Assembly: GCA_964016885.1 (NCBI GenBank)
Contig: OZ024750.1
Span: forward strand, 51,026,001 to 51,090,000
From: Eledone cirrhosa
Taxonomy: Eukaryota
Length of the DNA: 64,000 nt
Direction of reading: 5' to 3'
Shown: piece after piece, positions 25,101 to 37,245 of the stretch
Layout of the letters: each line of letters starts with the position of its first letter
Numbering within the stretch: the stretch's first letter is position 1
Made by a program: the position numbers and the translations under genes
The notes under the pieces: model-generated
What the model saw: the letters and a program-made list of their open reading frames with translations, nothing else
Database searches by the model: none
What the model was told of the DNA's origin: nothing

Positions 25101-27334
25101 CTTCTTCTCCGAACTCCTCGAAGCGGTCTACTGCAATTTGCAGCAGAACGGGAGAATTCCTTGTTCTGTAGCCAAGGGCGTAGTCTTGCCTGTGATGAAG
25201 GACGAGAACAAAGGGGATAGTATAAATAAGTTTCGGCCCATAACCCTGCTAAACACAGAGTTAAAGATTTTGGCCAAGGTGTTAGCAAAGAGGTTGGCGC
25301 TTGTCGTGCGTGGCCTGGTGGGAGATGCGCAGACATGTGCTATCCCATCCAGGTCCATTCACGATAACCTCCACCTCATGCGATACATCATAGAGAGGGT
25401 TGGCAACAAACCCGAGTTCGGTGGGGCCCTGATCAACTTGGATCAGTCTAAGGCCTTCGATAGGGTCGACCATGGTTACCTGGATGCGGTGCTAGCGGCG
25501 GCTGGGTTCGGTCCTGTTTTCAGAGGCTGGATCACTGCCTTACATAGCAACCACATCTGTTCTAGGATCAAGGTGAACGGCTACCTTTCGAAGCCGTTCG
25601 AAATCACACGATCCATTCGACAGTGGTGCCCTCTCTCCTCCCTTCTGTACATATTGACTCTCGAGCCTTTACTGAGGAAGTTGGAGTTGTTGCAGGGTAT
25701 CCCCCTGGAACCAGGATTGAGCAAAGCGGTGTCGGCCTACGCCGATGACGTAACAGTAATGGTATCGACCGACTCGGAGATCGAGGCGATCGGTATCTTA
25801 CTGGAGGATTACGAAAGGTTGTCAGGAGCGAAACTGTACCGGGAAAAATCCATCGGGCTGCAACTCGGAACGTGGAGAGGCAGACCGATGCCTCCCGACG
25901 GTGTCGTCGGACACTGGACGGAGGGCCCGGTGAAGTTGCTTGGAGTCTGGTTTGGACCGGACCTCCAGGTGGAAAAGAACTGGGACGAGGTTACGAACAA
26001 GGTGTTTGCACTAACCCAGAAATGGGCCAAGTGTAAGCTGTCCCTAAAAGGTCGGGCGGAGGTGGCGAACATTTACATAGCGTCCGTCACTTACTACCGC
26101 CTGACTGTCGTGCCCTGCCCTAAGGAAACACTCACCACCATGGAACGCATGCTCTTCCAATTTCTTTGGAAGAAGCGCCCTCCTATGGTGAGAAGATCCA
26201 TCTACTGCCAACAACCTTCGAAAGGAGGGCTGAGGATGCCGTGGTTTATGATGCGTAGGCACGCATTAAGGCTACGGCACCTACAGGTATTCCTCACTGG
26301 TCAACCGGTGTGGGCTCCGTTCGTGAAACGAGCCTTTCCGAGACTCGTCTCGCTCACCGAGCTGCAGTCCTGGGTCAAGCAAAGATCCGGAAAACTGGGA
26401 GACTGGCACACTGAGTGTGCCCAGGCGCTCATGGCTCTCTGGCAAGCGGGCCAGGCCATCGGTGGAGAATCCACCTCATCATTCTATAGAGGGCTGGTGG
26501 CTAGCAGGGGCGATGACACCCTTGGAGAGTCGCTGGACATGGAAAAGGACGAACTGGCCAGCCTGTTCGGTAGGACTTTCGGCCCGGGACCAATGGACAA
26601 CTTCCAGAAGTCACTAGCCTGGCAGTGTTACCGGGGGGCTCTAGCCGTTCGAGAGAGGCTCTACAGACACGGGCGCACGGACAGGGATCCCTCGAAAAAT
26701 ATTTGCCCTAGATGCGTGCGTCACGAAGAAACCGTTGCGCACGCATTGGTGCAATGTCCGGGCGTGGCTGATCTGTGGGGCTACGCCGAACGACTGCTGT
26801 CGCGGGTGGGGCCGATTCAATTTACCGCCGAGTCCGTGATGACAATCAAGCCGCCTCCCCTCTTCACAAAGGAAGCAAAGGCGGTTTTTCTGTGCGTAAT
26901 AGCCATGTTGAAAGAGGTTGTTTGGTGGACACGATTGAAAGGTCTGAGGTCAGGCAACTTCCTCTCTGGCCATAGTCTGGTCTACATCTTCCGATATCAC
27001 TTCGGAAGAAGGATAAGAATGGAGAGAGAGGTGCTTGGCCACAGGCAGTTTTATGAAATGTGGGTGATAGTGGCGAGAATGGCTCGTGTAAATGGGCCTT
27101 CTCTGTATACCATCCTGTAGGTAAAGAAGTGAAGGAGAGAGGAGCACCTTCTTCATGTGCTCCCCGGGCAAAGGATTGCACACTTTTTCGGGGGGGTGTG
27201 CAACCCCCATCACGTCTCCTCCCTTTTGAGGTTGTTTTCGATTATTTTCATTTTATACCCTTTTTACTCGATTGTATGTAAACTTCCCCTTTGTATTTGT
27301 CCCTTCTTTTTGTGCCTTTATGGTAAATAATGAA

Positions 27335-27390
<56 letters not shown>
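22177..27390 (+). mobile_element. Tx1/L1-clade LINE copy 2, apparently full length with a few lesions
   Basis: 5' UTR; ORF1 from 22423 with zinc knuckle CHICAGRGHLKAAC; APE (LNARGL, GDWN, YLDRFL, TDHK); RT with YADD; stop at 27120; (ATCT)n tail 27335-27390. Frameshifts near 23100 and 24785, in-frame stop at 23919. Confidence 0.92.
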
Positions 27391-28705
27391 CGGAGGTGGC
27401 GAACACTTTCATAGCGTCCGTCAACTACTACCGCTTGACTGTCGTGCCTTGTCCCCGTGAACACCTCGCCAAGATGGAACGTATGCTCTTCCAGTTTCTG
27501 TGGAAGAAGCAGGCTCCACTGGTGAGGAGATCCGTCTGCTGTCAGCACCCTTCCAACGGAGGGCTGGGAATGCCGTGGCTGATGATGCGCAAACATGCGC
27601 TGAGGCTGCGGCATCTCCAGGTATTCCTCACCGACCCCCAACCGGTGTGGGCACCGTTTGTGAGACAGGCTTTCCCGCAACTCGTCTCACTGACGGAGCT
27701 GCAGTCCTGGGTGAAGAAAAGACCGAAAACGATGGGCGCCTGGCACATTGAATGCGCTCAGGCGCTCACAGTCCTCTGGCAAGCGGGCGCAGCAATCAGT
27801 GGAGACTCCACTTCGACATTCTATAGAGGGATTGTACGTTACAAGGGCGACGACGTGCTCGGAGAGACTCTGGGCGTCGAAGACGATGAGCTCACCAGTA
27901 TGTTTGGTAGGACTTTCCGCCCGGGACCTATGGACAACTTCCAGAGGTCCCTGGCCTGGCAGTGCTACCGAGGAGCTCTACCGGTTCGTGACAAGATCTA
28001 CAGGCACGGACGCCCTGGCAGGGATCCTTCCAAGAGGACGTGTCCAAGATGTGCGCAGGACATTGAAACAGTTCTGCACGCAATTGTACACTGCCTGGGC
28101 GTAAGCGACCTGTGGAACTATGCAGAACAACTGCTGTCGCGTATGGGACAAATACAGTTGACTGCCGAGTCCATAGTAAGGATCAAACCTCCAGACTCTT
28201 TCAAAAACGAAAGAGAGGCGGTTTTCCTCTGTACGGTGGCTATGGTGAAAGAAGTTATATGGTGGACGAGGTTGAGAGGACTGAGGACAGATGCCTTTCT
28301 CTCCGGACAACAATTGATTCCCTTCTTTAAGTATCACTTTAGAAGGAGAATCAGGGTGGAGAGAGAGGCACTGCACCCCAGTAAATTTACTGAAAGGTGG
28401 GTGAATGAAGCGAAAATGGCCCGAGTGATTGGGCCTTCTCTGTTTATAAGCCTGTAGGTTGAGGAAGAGAGCAAAAGGAAGAAAGGAGCACTTGCACAAC
28501 ACGCTCCTCGAGTTGAGGGTTGTTCTATCGACGGGGTATTAAACAACCCATTTGTGGCGCCTCCCCCCTATTGGGGATTTCGATTGTTGAAATTGTTTGT
28601 TTTTATATTTTTTACACGACTGTATGTAAAATCCCCGGCATGTCTTTGTATTGACCCCTTTCTTGTTGCGCCCTTGTGGCTAATAAAGAAATCTATCTAT
28701 ATATC
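27391..28705 (+). mobile_element. Tx1/L1-clade LINE copy 3, 5'-truncated
   Basis: Paralogous C-terminus EVANTFIAS...GPSLFISL* (stop 28457), same 3' UTR end and ATCT tail. Confidence 0.92.
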
Positions 28706-28952
28706 CTTCTCATTCACTAAACTATTATGGTATGGTGCTATATACATATATTAATTTATTACCATATATATTTCTAGTTGAGATTCCATTCTAATTGTAT
28801 TAACGCTGTTATTGTTGTCCTTGTATTTACTCCTTCTCATTGTTGCCGCTGCTGCTGTTCCCCCCCCCCCATCTCTACCAATATCCCGTCTCTATCACCA
28901 CTCTAATGTCACTTTACACTTACAATTATTTCTACAATATATATCGGACGCT

Positions 28953-28957
<5 letters not shown>

Positions 28958-29047
<90 letters not shown>

Positions 29048-29262
29048 CTCTCTCTCTTTATCTCTCTTTCTCTCTATTTATATGTATATAGATATAGAGA
29101 GACAGATGTACATACATACATACATACATACAAACACATTCATACACACATACATACGTGCATACATAAGAACATACATGCCTACATTCATATATATATA
29201 TATATAAATATATATTCATATATACACACACACATATATATAGATATGCATGTATGTATGTG

Positions 29263-29304
<42 letters not shown>

Positions 29305-29335
29305 CACATACATACATGCATATCTATATATATAT

Positions 29336-29379
<44 letters not shown>

Positions 29380-29391
29380 ATATATATATAG

Positions 29392-29444
<53 letters not shown>
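28958..29444. repeat. Compound (CT)n/(TACA)n/(TA)n microsatellites
   Basis: Direct reading. Confidence 0.92.
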
Positions 29445-29449
<5 letters not shown>

Positions 29450-32379
29450 ATAAATGCTCTGAAATAGCGATATATATGTGAATATAGACATAGAATATTC
29501 GAAAATATTCTGTATGTTTATAATAAACATTTTGAAGACCTAATCGCTATAGAATAGAATACGTCACGTATTACAATTAGATTCTCGATAAAAGCAAGGG
29601 AAGTAATCTACGCGTTTCATTCTTGTTAGAATTCATCAGGACTACATATCCAGTGCTTTTATCGAGAATGACACAGCTAGAGACTTATAGAATACTTAGC
29701 TGTGTACAGGAACTGGTTTGAAAGAGCGGTTGCCGGTCCGGCAGAAATTAGAAATTGGAATAAATGCTCTGAAATAGCGATATATATGTGAATATAGACA
29801 TAGAATATTCGAAAATATTCTGTATGTTTATAATAAACATTTTGAAGACCTAATCGCTATAGAATAGAATACGTCACGTATTACAATTAGATTCTCGATA
29901 AAAGCAAGGGAAGTAATCTACGCGTTTCATTCTTGTTAGAATTCATCAGGACTACATATCCAGTGCTTTTATCGAGAATGACACAGCTAGAGACTTATAG
30001 AATACTTAGCTGTGTACAGGAACTGGTTTGAAAGAGCGGTTGCCGGTCCGGCAGAAATTAGAAATTGGAATAAATGCTCTGAAATAGCGATATATATGTG
30101 AATATAGACATAGAATATTCGAAAATATTCTGTATGTTTATAATAAACATTTTGAAGACCTAATCGCTATAGAATAGAATAGAATAGAATACGTCACGTA
30201 TTACAATTAGATTCTCGATAAAAGCAAGGGAAGTAATTATTCCAATTTCTAATTTCTGCCGGACCGGCAACCGCTCTTTCAAACCAGTTCCTGTACACAG
30301 CTAAGTATTCTATAAGTCTCTAGCTGTGTCATTCTCGATAAAAGCACTGGATATGTAGTCCTGATGAATTCTAACAAGAATGAAACGCGTAGATTACTTC
30401 CCTTGCTTTTATCGAGAATCTAATTGTAATACGTGACGTATTCTATTCTATAGCGATTAGGTCTTCAAAATGTTTATTATAAACATACAGAATATTTTCG
30501 AATATTCTATGTCTATATTCACATATATATCGCTATTTCAGAGCATTTATTCCAATTTCTAATTTCTGCCGGACCGGCAACCGCTCTTTCAAACCAGTTC
30601 CTGTACACAGCTAAGTATTCTATAAGTCTCTAGCTGTGTCATTCTCGATAAAAGCACTGGATATGTAGTCCTGATGAATTCTAACAAGAATGAAACGCGT
30701 AGATTACTTCCCTTGCTTTTATCGAGAATCTAATTGTAATACGTGACGTATTCTATTCTATAGCGATTAGGTCTTCAAAATGTTTATTATAAACATACAG
30801 AATATTTTCGAATATTCTATGTCTATATTCACATATATATCGCTATTTCAGAGCATTTATTCCAATTTCTAATTTCTGCCGGACCGGCAACCGCTCTTTC
30901 AAACCAGTTCCTGTACACAGCTAAGTATTCTATAAGTCTCTAGCTGTGTCATTCTCGATAAAAGCACTGGATATGTAGTCCTGATGAATTCTAACAAGAA
31001 TGAAACGCGTAGATTACTTCCCTTGCCTTTATCGAGAATCTAATTGTAATACGTGACGTATTCTATTCTATAGCGATTAGGTCTTCAAAATGTTTATTAT
31101 AAACATACAGAATATTTTCGAATATTCTATGTCTATATTCACATATATATCGCTATTTCAGAGCATTTATTCCAATTTCTAATTTCTGCCGGACCGGCAA
31201 CCGCTCTTTCAAACCAGTTCCTGTACACAGCTAAGTATTCTATAAGTCTCTAGCTGTGTCATTCTCGATAAAAGCACTGGATATGTAGTCCTGATGAATT
31301 CTAACAAGAATGAAACGCGTAGATTACTTCCCTTGCTTTTATCGAGAATCTAATTGTAATACGTGACGTATTCTATTCTATAGCGATTAGGTCTTCAAAA
31401 TGTTTATTATAAACATACAGAATATTTTCGAATATTCTATGTCTATATTCACATATATATCGCTATTTCAGAGCATTTATTCCAATTTCTAATTTCTGCC
31501 GGACCGGCAACCGCTCTTTCAAACCAGTTCCTGTACACAGCTAAGTATTCTATAAGTCTCTAGCTGTGTCATTCTCGATAAAAGCACTGGATATGTAGTC
31601 CTGATGAATTCTAACAAGAATGAAACGCGTAGATTACTTCCCTTGCTTTTATCGAGAATCTAATTGTAATACGTGACGTATTCTATTCTATAGCGATTAG
31701 GTCTTCAAAATGTTTATTATAAACATACAGAATATTTTCGAATATTCTATGTCTATATTCACATATATATCGCTATTTCAGAGCATTTATTCCAATTTCT
31801 AATTTCTGCCGGACCGGCAACCGCTCTTTCAAACCAGTTCCTGTACACAGCTAAGTATTCTATAAGTCTCTAGCTGTGTCATTCTCGATAAAAGCACTGG
31901 ATATGTAGTCCTGATGAATTCTAACAAGAATGAAACGCGTAGATTACTTCCCTTGCTTTTATCGAGAATCTAATTGTAATACGTGACGTATTCTATTCTA
32001 TAGCGATTAGGTCTTCAAAATGTTTATTATAAACATACAGAATATTTTCGAATATTCTATGTCTATATTCACATATATATCGCTATTTCAGAGCATTTAT
32101 TCCAATTTCTAATTTCTGCCGGACCGGCAACCGCTCTTTCAAACCAGTTCCTGTACACAGCTAAGTATTCTATAAGTCTCTAGCTGTGTCATTCTCGATA
32201 AAAGCACTGGATATGTAGTCCTGATGAATTCTAACAAGAATGAAACGCGTAGATTACTTCCCTTGCTTTTATCGAGAATCTAATTGTAATACGTGACGTA
32301 TTCTATTCTATAGCGATTAGGTCTTCAAAATGTTTATTATAAACATACAGAATATTTTCGAATATTCTATGTCTATATT

Positions 32380-32390
<11 letters not shown>
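29445..32390. mobile_element. 310-bp hammerhead-containing tandem array (retrozyme/Penelope pLTR-like): about 2.5 units on the minus strand, about 7 on the plus strand
   Basis: Exact 310-bp period, orientation switch at about 30236, flanked by (TA)n. Confidence 0.9.
30355..30397 (+). ncRNA. Type I hammerhead ribozyme; repeated at 30665, 30975, 31285, 31595, 31905, 32215, and on the minus strand at about 29604-29646 and 29914-29956
   Basis: GTAGTC-CTGATGA-ATTCT-aaca-AGAAT-GAAAC-GC-GTA^GATTAC; intact core with palindromic ACGCGT minimal stem III. Confidence 0.88.
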
Positions 32391-32477
<87 letters not shown>

Positions 32478-32978
32478 ATGGAAAACTGGCGACAACAGCT
32501 CAAGTCCGCCATGCAGTAATAAGAAGTAATAAGAAAGAGGAGAGTTTGCGTGTACTCTCCAATGTTAGAAATCAAATTAAATAGAAATCTGATTGTAAAG
32601 TCATTGAGATTGATTGCTGTGTATTAATGCCATTTATATTCCCAAATTACAATCGTGAACACTACAATTAATATTCGGCTGAGGCAAAGAAGAAATCTAG
32701 ATTTTTAGAAAAATATATATATTCATTCGTTCATACTTTTATTCGTTTATTCTTTCATTCTTTCCTAATTGTACTTATGATGTAAAACTAATACGGATAA
32801 AATCAGAATGAAAGAAGAAATGCCACGAGCTAGACGTAAATTAAAAAGATATTTAAATGGATATAGTGGATAAAATTGAACTGAGAAATATAATAGGAGA
32901 AATATGATAGAACAATTAATATAAGTGTGTATGAGTATTATTGTGTATGTTTACACGTGCATCAGTATATCTATATTC

Positions 32979-33039
<61 letters not shown>

Positions 33040-33212
33040 AACCGGTAAGACCCCGACGGCTGAGCTCAAGCCGTTTCGACGGCTAATTCCGTCGAAACGG
33101 CTTGAGCTCAGCCGTCGGGGTGTTACCGGTTCCTATTACTTACTCTACTACCCCAAGTATTGAGTACTTTGGTGCGTTATGGTCCACCTGGTTCCTTACC
33201 ACATTTCCTTCG

Positions 33213-33245
<33 letters not shown>

Positions 33246-33249
<4 letters not shown>

Positions 33250-33572
33250 GAATGTAATCTGAGTTTTTCAAATATTAATAATAACATTCGATTCGTTTGC
33301 AATTAAACAAACAAGCCTCATTTTTAAAGCCCTTTCAGTGGAATGAGCCCCTCATGTGTTGGCATGTAAACAGAACTGCAGACACTAATGTTTCTGGGTA
33401 TAACCCTTCATCAGTACAGCTCACTGTTCACCTGCCAAACTATCAGAGCTAGTGAAAAAGAAACATAAGTGTCTGTAGTTCTGTTTACATGCCAACACAT
33501 GAGCAAGAATGAGGGGCTCATTCCACTGACAGGGCTTTAACAATGAGGCTAATTTGTTTAATTGCAAACGAA
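33246..33572 (-). mobile_element. Fold-back Penelope-like mini-element with hammerhead
   Basis: Arms 33292-33395 and 33458-33572; hammerhead CTGTA-CTGATGA-AGGGTTATACCCA-GAAAC-ATTAGT-GTC-TGCAG at 33376-33419 (-). Confidence 0.7.
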
Positions 33573-33762
33573 GGTGAATTGGCAGTATCGGTAGAGGGTC
33601 GGACGCCATGCTTTGACGCATAAAGTTACGGCCCTTGCCATTCTGAGTTCAAATCCCGCCGAGGTTAACTTTGCCTTTCATCCTTACGGGGTCGATAAAA
33701 TAAAGTACCAGTAATGTACTGGCTAATTGCTGGCCTTGTGCCAATAGTAGAAACAATTATTA
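33573..33762 (+). mobile_element. tRNA-derived SINE
   Basis: Same family as 17643; B-box gagttcaaatcc. Confidence 0.85.
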
Positions 33763-33816
33763 ATATTCGAAAAACTCAGATTACATGTATTGTATTCAGC
33801 CATGTAAAGCGAACAA

Positions 33817-33856
<40 letters not shown>

Positions 33857-34130
33857 GTTATTCCGGGTTGAATCGGAGGTAACCACAGTAAGTAAGGTAC
33901 TCAATATATATATACAGGAACGGCTGAGCTCAAGCCGTTTCGACGGCTAGTTCTGGAATTTTTTTTTTTTTTAGTCGAGAATTAGCCGTCGAAACGGCTT
34001 GAGCTCAGCCGTCGGGGTCCTACTCGTTCCTATTACCCACTCTACTACCCTAAGTATTGAGTACTTTGGTGCGTTATGGTCCACCTGGTTCCTTACCACA
34101 TTTCCTTCGTTATATATATATATATAACGA

Positions 34131-34322
34131 AAGGCGGTGGATTGGCAGTATCGGTAGAGGGTCTGACGCCATGCTTTGCAGCAAAGAGTTACGCCCCTTT
34201 ATGGTTTGAGTTCAAATCCCGCCGAGGTTAACTTTGCCTTTCATCCTTACGGGGTCGATAAAATAAAGTACCAGTAATGCACTGGGTATGTGCTGGCCTT
34301 GTGCCAAAAGTAGAAACAATTA
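34131..34322 (+). mobile_element. tRNA-derived SINE
   Basis: Same family; ggcggtggattggcagtatcgg...gtagaaacaatt. Confidence 0.85.
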
Positions 34323-35189
34323 TATATATATATATATATATATAGGAAAAGAGTAAGGACCCCGACGGCTGAGCTCCGACCATTTTACAGCTTGTTGTGA
34401 ACTAACGCAGTATTGTTAGCACAGCAGTAGTCTGGCTGAACTTATCATGGGGTAATTCTATATATGGGCATGCACTCGTGTCAAGGACTTCTCAAAGTTG
34501 TTTTTATCATGAGAGTCGTCAAAGTTTTTGTAAACACAGTTAAATTCCTTCAGGCACCGGTGTGGGTGGGGATGGCTGAACTTGCTTGTAGAACAAATTT
34601 CTTAACCCCCTTTAGAGATAGTTGTATAGCATTCCCTCTTAACGCATGACTCGCCTACATCCACATGTCAGATTGTCATATTATTCCCTCCCCTTGTTCT
34701 ACAGGCAAGTTCAGCCACCCCGCCCACCGCTATAAAGAAATTTAACTGTGTTTACAAAACCTTTGACCACTCCCTTGATAAAAACAACTTTAAGAACTGT
34801 TTGACACGAGTGCATGCCCATATATGGAATTACCCCTAAAATGGAGCTCAGCCGTCGGGGTCCTGACGCTTTTCCTATTACCCACTCTAGTACCCAAAGT
34901 ATCGAGTACTCTGGTGCGTTATGGTCCACCTGGTTCCTTCCCACACTTCCTTCGTTATATATATATATAACGAAGGAAGTGTGATAAGGAACCAGATGGA
35001 CCATAACACACCAGAGTACTCAATACTTAGGGTAGTAGTGTAGGTAATACGAAAAAGTATGACCCCGACAGCAGAGCTCAAGCTATTCCGACGGCTAAGT
35101 CCAGAAATAGCCGTCGAAACGGCTTGAGCTCTGCCGTCGGGGTCATGCCTTTTCCTATAAATATACATCAATGAGTGTAAGGTGAAGTT

Positions 35190-35460
35190 ACTGCAGTGAG
35201 CACTCAATATTTAGGTACACGTCAGTAGCGAGGTGTAGAGCTAAACAGAGTGTAATATAATAATACAAGGACGATCTGTTAAGCCTTCACCACACCCATT
35301 GATTGGTGCCCTGCCTTTCGCTATTGATCAGCTCAAGTACCGACGAGCTTCTGAATAAAAGGTCGGGTCGGATCGATGCAGATCGAGATTTGAGCTGATC
35401 GATAGCGAAATGCGCGTCAACAATCAATGGGCGTGGTGAACGCTTAACAAATTGTCTTAA
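35190..35460. mobile_element. Fold-back element with degenerate hammerhead, related to 58005-58245
   Basis: Arms about 35277-35337 and 35390-35450; CCGACGAG-ct...agc-GAAAT-gcgc-GTC; the tail matches the reverse complement of 58125-58245. Confidence 0.55.
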
Positions 35461-36085
35461 CATTGTGACTCACTGTGACACACTGTGACACACTGTGAAT
35501 CACTGTGACACACTGTGACACACTGTGACAAACTGTGAATCATTGTGACTCACTGTGACACACTGTGACACATTTTGATCATTGTGACTCACTGTGACGC
35601 ATCGTGACTCAATGTGACACACGGTGACACAGTGTGACACAATTTGACACAATGTGACACACTGTGACTCAGTGTGACACAATGTGACACAATGTGACAC
35701 ACTGTGACTCAGTGTGACTCACTGTGACTCACTGTGACACATTGTGACGAACTGTGACACACTGTGACACACTTTGATTCACTGTGACACATTGTGACTC
35801 ACTATGACACACTGTGACACACTGTGACTCACTGTGACACACTATGAATCACTATGTAACATTGTGGCACACTTTGACACACTGGGATTAGCTGTGGCTG
35901 ACTGTGACTCACTGTGACTCACTGTGAATCACTGTGACACACTGTGATACACTGTGACTCATTGTGACACACTGTGACACAGTGTGACACACTGTGACTC
36001 ACTGTGACACACTGTTAATCACTGTGACTCACTGTGACACACTGTGACTTACTGTGACTCACTGTGACACACTGTGACTCACTCT
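35461..36085. repeat. 10-bp satellite (cactgtgac[a/t])n
   Basis: Direct reading. Confidence 0.95.
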
Positions 36086-36314
36086 GCTTTTCATCCCTTT
36101 TCAGGTCGATAAATAAAGTACAAGCCTTTTACTGATGTCCACTCTATTTTTCTTTTGTTTTTTTTTCGTCTCTCTTTTCTCTCCTCTCTCTTCTCTCCCG
36201 CTCATTCTCACCCTCTCACTGGAATAAATCATCCGTGTTCCGGCCTAGAGAACACCTTATCCCATTAGTAACACAGACACAGATAAGGAGGAATTGAATC
36301 TCAAATCCACGTAC

Positions 36315-36365
36315 AATTGTAATAGCTTTGCCGGGGAACGTAGTTTCCCTTCATTTTGAGGACAC
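36315..36365 (-). CDS. Possible 51-bp phase 2-2 exon (CPQNEGKLRSPAKLLQ)
   Basis: Good acceptor ttctttcttctaatagtttcag|G and donor TT|GTACGT; frame-compatible with exon 17178-17432. Confidence 0.25.
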
Positions 36366-36769
36366 CTGAAACTATTAGAAGAAAGAACATGAATCAATCT
36401 AAGATTCGGGACATTTCCCGAATCCTTGCAACAGAGGGTATTCTAACAAGGGCCGATGGGTCAAGTCTACTGAACGAGAACGAGAAGCGTCTTTCTCTGA
36501 GTGACTTTTAAATGGTTTCTGTCTACTGAATTTCTCTCGCAAGGCTTTTGACTCTTGAGTGGAATTGCGGAGATTACCCTTAAACTGGAGATGTGGCTCG
36601 AACACATGCAACAGATTATGGGACCGTAAATCCTAATGGAATTGTATGGGGTGCGTACTTATAAACAGCATTTGTCTCGGGTAATTTAAACCTGGCCGAG
36701 GTCATTATTTTTCCAGGTTTGAACACAACTGATTTCTTCCAGAGAAAGAGAGACAGTGAGAACGTTAGT

Positions 36770-36935
36770 AAGAGGAAGAATCGACTCCGGTATTGGACTG
36801 ATACTTTTTTATCGACCTCGAAAGGACGAAAGGTAAAGTTAAACCCGGCGTGATGTGAACTCATAGAACAGACAGCTGGAATGAACACCGCAAGACATCC
36901 TATTGGATGTTTAATCACTCTGTCAATTCATCTCC
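36770..36935 (-). mobile_element. Decayed tRNA-derived SINE
   Basis: tttatcgacctcgaaaggacgaaaggtaaagtt...tgaactca, the reverse of the family consensus. Confidence 0.65.
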
Positions 36936-37245
36936 TTACATTAGTAGGTAAATATTTTTATTTGTTAGCATTTGGACTGATCCACAAAATGTCTTTCTAT
37001 TACTTCCTTTGGTATATATTGTATGAAATAATTGCTTTATTGTAGCTATCATTCACGAGACATTTCTTTGCGTGTAATCTTCCTAACTGGGTTCCAGGGA
37101 AACACACTGTCATTGAGATTTGTCTTTCATTTGAAGTTGATAGATTCAAGTAAAACAATCTACTTTTTCTGTTTTTCTCTCACTGAACCTTCGTAACAGA
37201 AGCCAAAGAATAGCGACACTCTTTATTATTTCCATTATTTCAGAG

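Larger units (their letters stand above)
33038..35180. mobile_element. Cluster of four copies of a fold-back element with a conserved ~85-bp tail, in (TA)n
   Basis: Copies at about 33038-33213, 33916-34111, 34344-34956 (+) and 34968-35177 (-); arms with (gaccccg)acggctgagctc / gagctcagccgtcggggtc; tail ending ttccttcgt|tata. Confidence 0.7.
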
